A DNA stretch of 63,264 nucleotides, counting the filler, from Octopus bimaculoides (lineage: Eukaryota): assembly GCF_001194135.2 (NCBI RefSeq). It is 5 parts of 4 records of this genome, joined end to end, with 100 filler letters (N's around TTAATTAATTAA, not from the genome) between each part and the next. Parts side by side here need not be neighbours in the genome. Positions count along the whole stretch, not along the records: positions 60,405 to 63,264 come from NC_068987.1; 4 more parts are not named here. One strand, given 5' to 3'. The stretch's first letter is position 1. Each line of letters begins with the position of its first letter. Position numbers and translations under genes: made by a program. The notes below the pieces were generated by a model. It did not search any database and had not been told where the DNA came from. It saw nothing but the letters and a program-made list of their open reading frames with translations. This document shows positions 62,229 through 63,264 of this stretch, one piece after another.

Positions 62229-62940
62229 GTTTAGTGTTGTTGTTTTTAACATCTCATCTTTATATTAGATAAGGAGAATGAGAACATTAGATTTTTTTTA
62301 AAAAGCATCCGCCAGTTAGCATAAAATAAACCGTTACTTTTTATTGCAGAATAAATTTGCATAATGAATAGCACCATTTTCGTAAGAAATAGTCATCCTT
62401 GAGTTTAATATTTATTTTTAAAGAACTTTGCTATCAGTCAACCAAAAACAGATTCCTGGGCTGTCGTCTTATCTAATTAGAGAGTATTTTAAAGAATATA
62501 TTATTATAAAATTTTCAGTTCAGAAGTAATTAAATGTATAATTCAAAATATAATTCAAAGATGAAAATGAAAATAAAGTTAAAATAAAATAAAATAAAAA
62601 TAATCTGTTTCATCTTAAAATATATAACTAAAGAATCCACTTACATTTTTTAATCAAAAACAATGCAAAAATACAAAATTTTAAATACTTAAAACTTTAT
62701 ATACGTACATACATACATACATACATACATACATACATACATACATACACACATACATACGTACACACACACACACACACACACATATAAAGACAGTTAA
62801 AACACATCTGTCAGATGGGACCTTGATGACTACTATGAAGCAGGAAGGTATACTAGCCCCTATATATATTTAATACTCAAATATTTCATTTATTCAATAA
62901 GACTTTCAATACTTCATTTCATTTTACTATTTATATTATA

Positions 62941-63264
62941 TTAGCAGAAATACCCGGCTTTGCCCGGGTTAAAGAGAATAATGAAATCTAAAAACGCCGT
63001 CTAGACTATGCAACCCTCAACTGTTAGTAGCTACGATACCATATTTCTACATTAATAACTCTCTAATCGATGCCAGCATGGATCATAGACATTAAGTGAA
63101 ATGCCAGTCTCTCATCTAGGAGGACCTTGAAATCAATGTTACCAACTGGGGACTATGTGTGTCGCAGTGATAATAAAAAGACCCAAAGGAGGTCTGCAAC
63201 GAAATAATTTTACTCAACACTTTGCAAGTGAATCAGTGGAGGCAAAGATGCGTCTCATTTACTT
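62941..63264 (-). mobile_element. 3' end of a second Helitron of the same family
   Basis: Reverse complement ends CCCGGGCAAAGCCGGGTATTTCTGCTAA|T, vs CCCGAGCAATGCCGGGTATCTCTGCTAG|T at 50113-50141. Confidence 0.7.

Noticed and set aside
143-63264. Many low-complexity ORFs (poly-YI, HT, CV, I, N, M, YLSI)
   Set aside because: They are translations of microsatellites or read-through of N gaps, with no domain evidence.

Overview
Eukaryotic, AT-rich, microsatellite-dense DNA with no recognisable host protein-coding gene. The SINE families and repeat content suggest an octopus (coleoid cephalopod) genome; this is an inference. Four identical N44-TTAATTAATTAA-N44 spacers (9981-10080, 34247-34346, 50334-50433, 60305-60404) split the window into five pieces whose adjacency is not established. 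Content is mostly decayed mobile elements: Tx1/L1, R4/Dong, HERO, CRE, RTE and CR1 non-LTR fragments, two Penelope-like elements, two mariners, a maT-type (DD37D) transposon, Helitron/Helentron derivatives, a MITE and several tRNA-derived SINE families. The most interesting block is 10081-15343. A 24-bp GATA-derived minisatellite is interrupted three times at nearly the same phase, by two Tx1-like LINE pieces and an unidentified 805-bp palindrome-rich insert, each with an apparent 15-19 bp target-site duplication. It then runs, at that same phase, into an interstitial (TTAGGG)n array. This suggests a satellite-targeting retrotransposon system whose nick site may also have seeded telomeric repeat addition. 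Family assignments come from remembered motifs in manual translations, not database searches, and many element boundaries are approximate.
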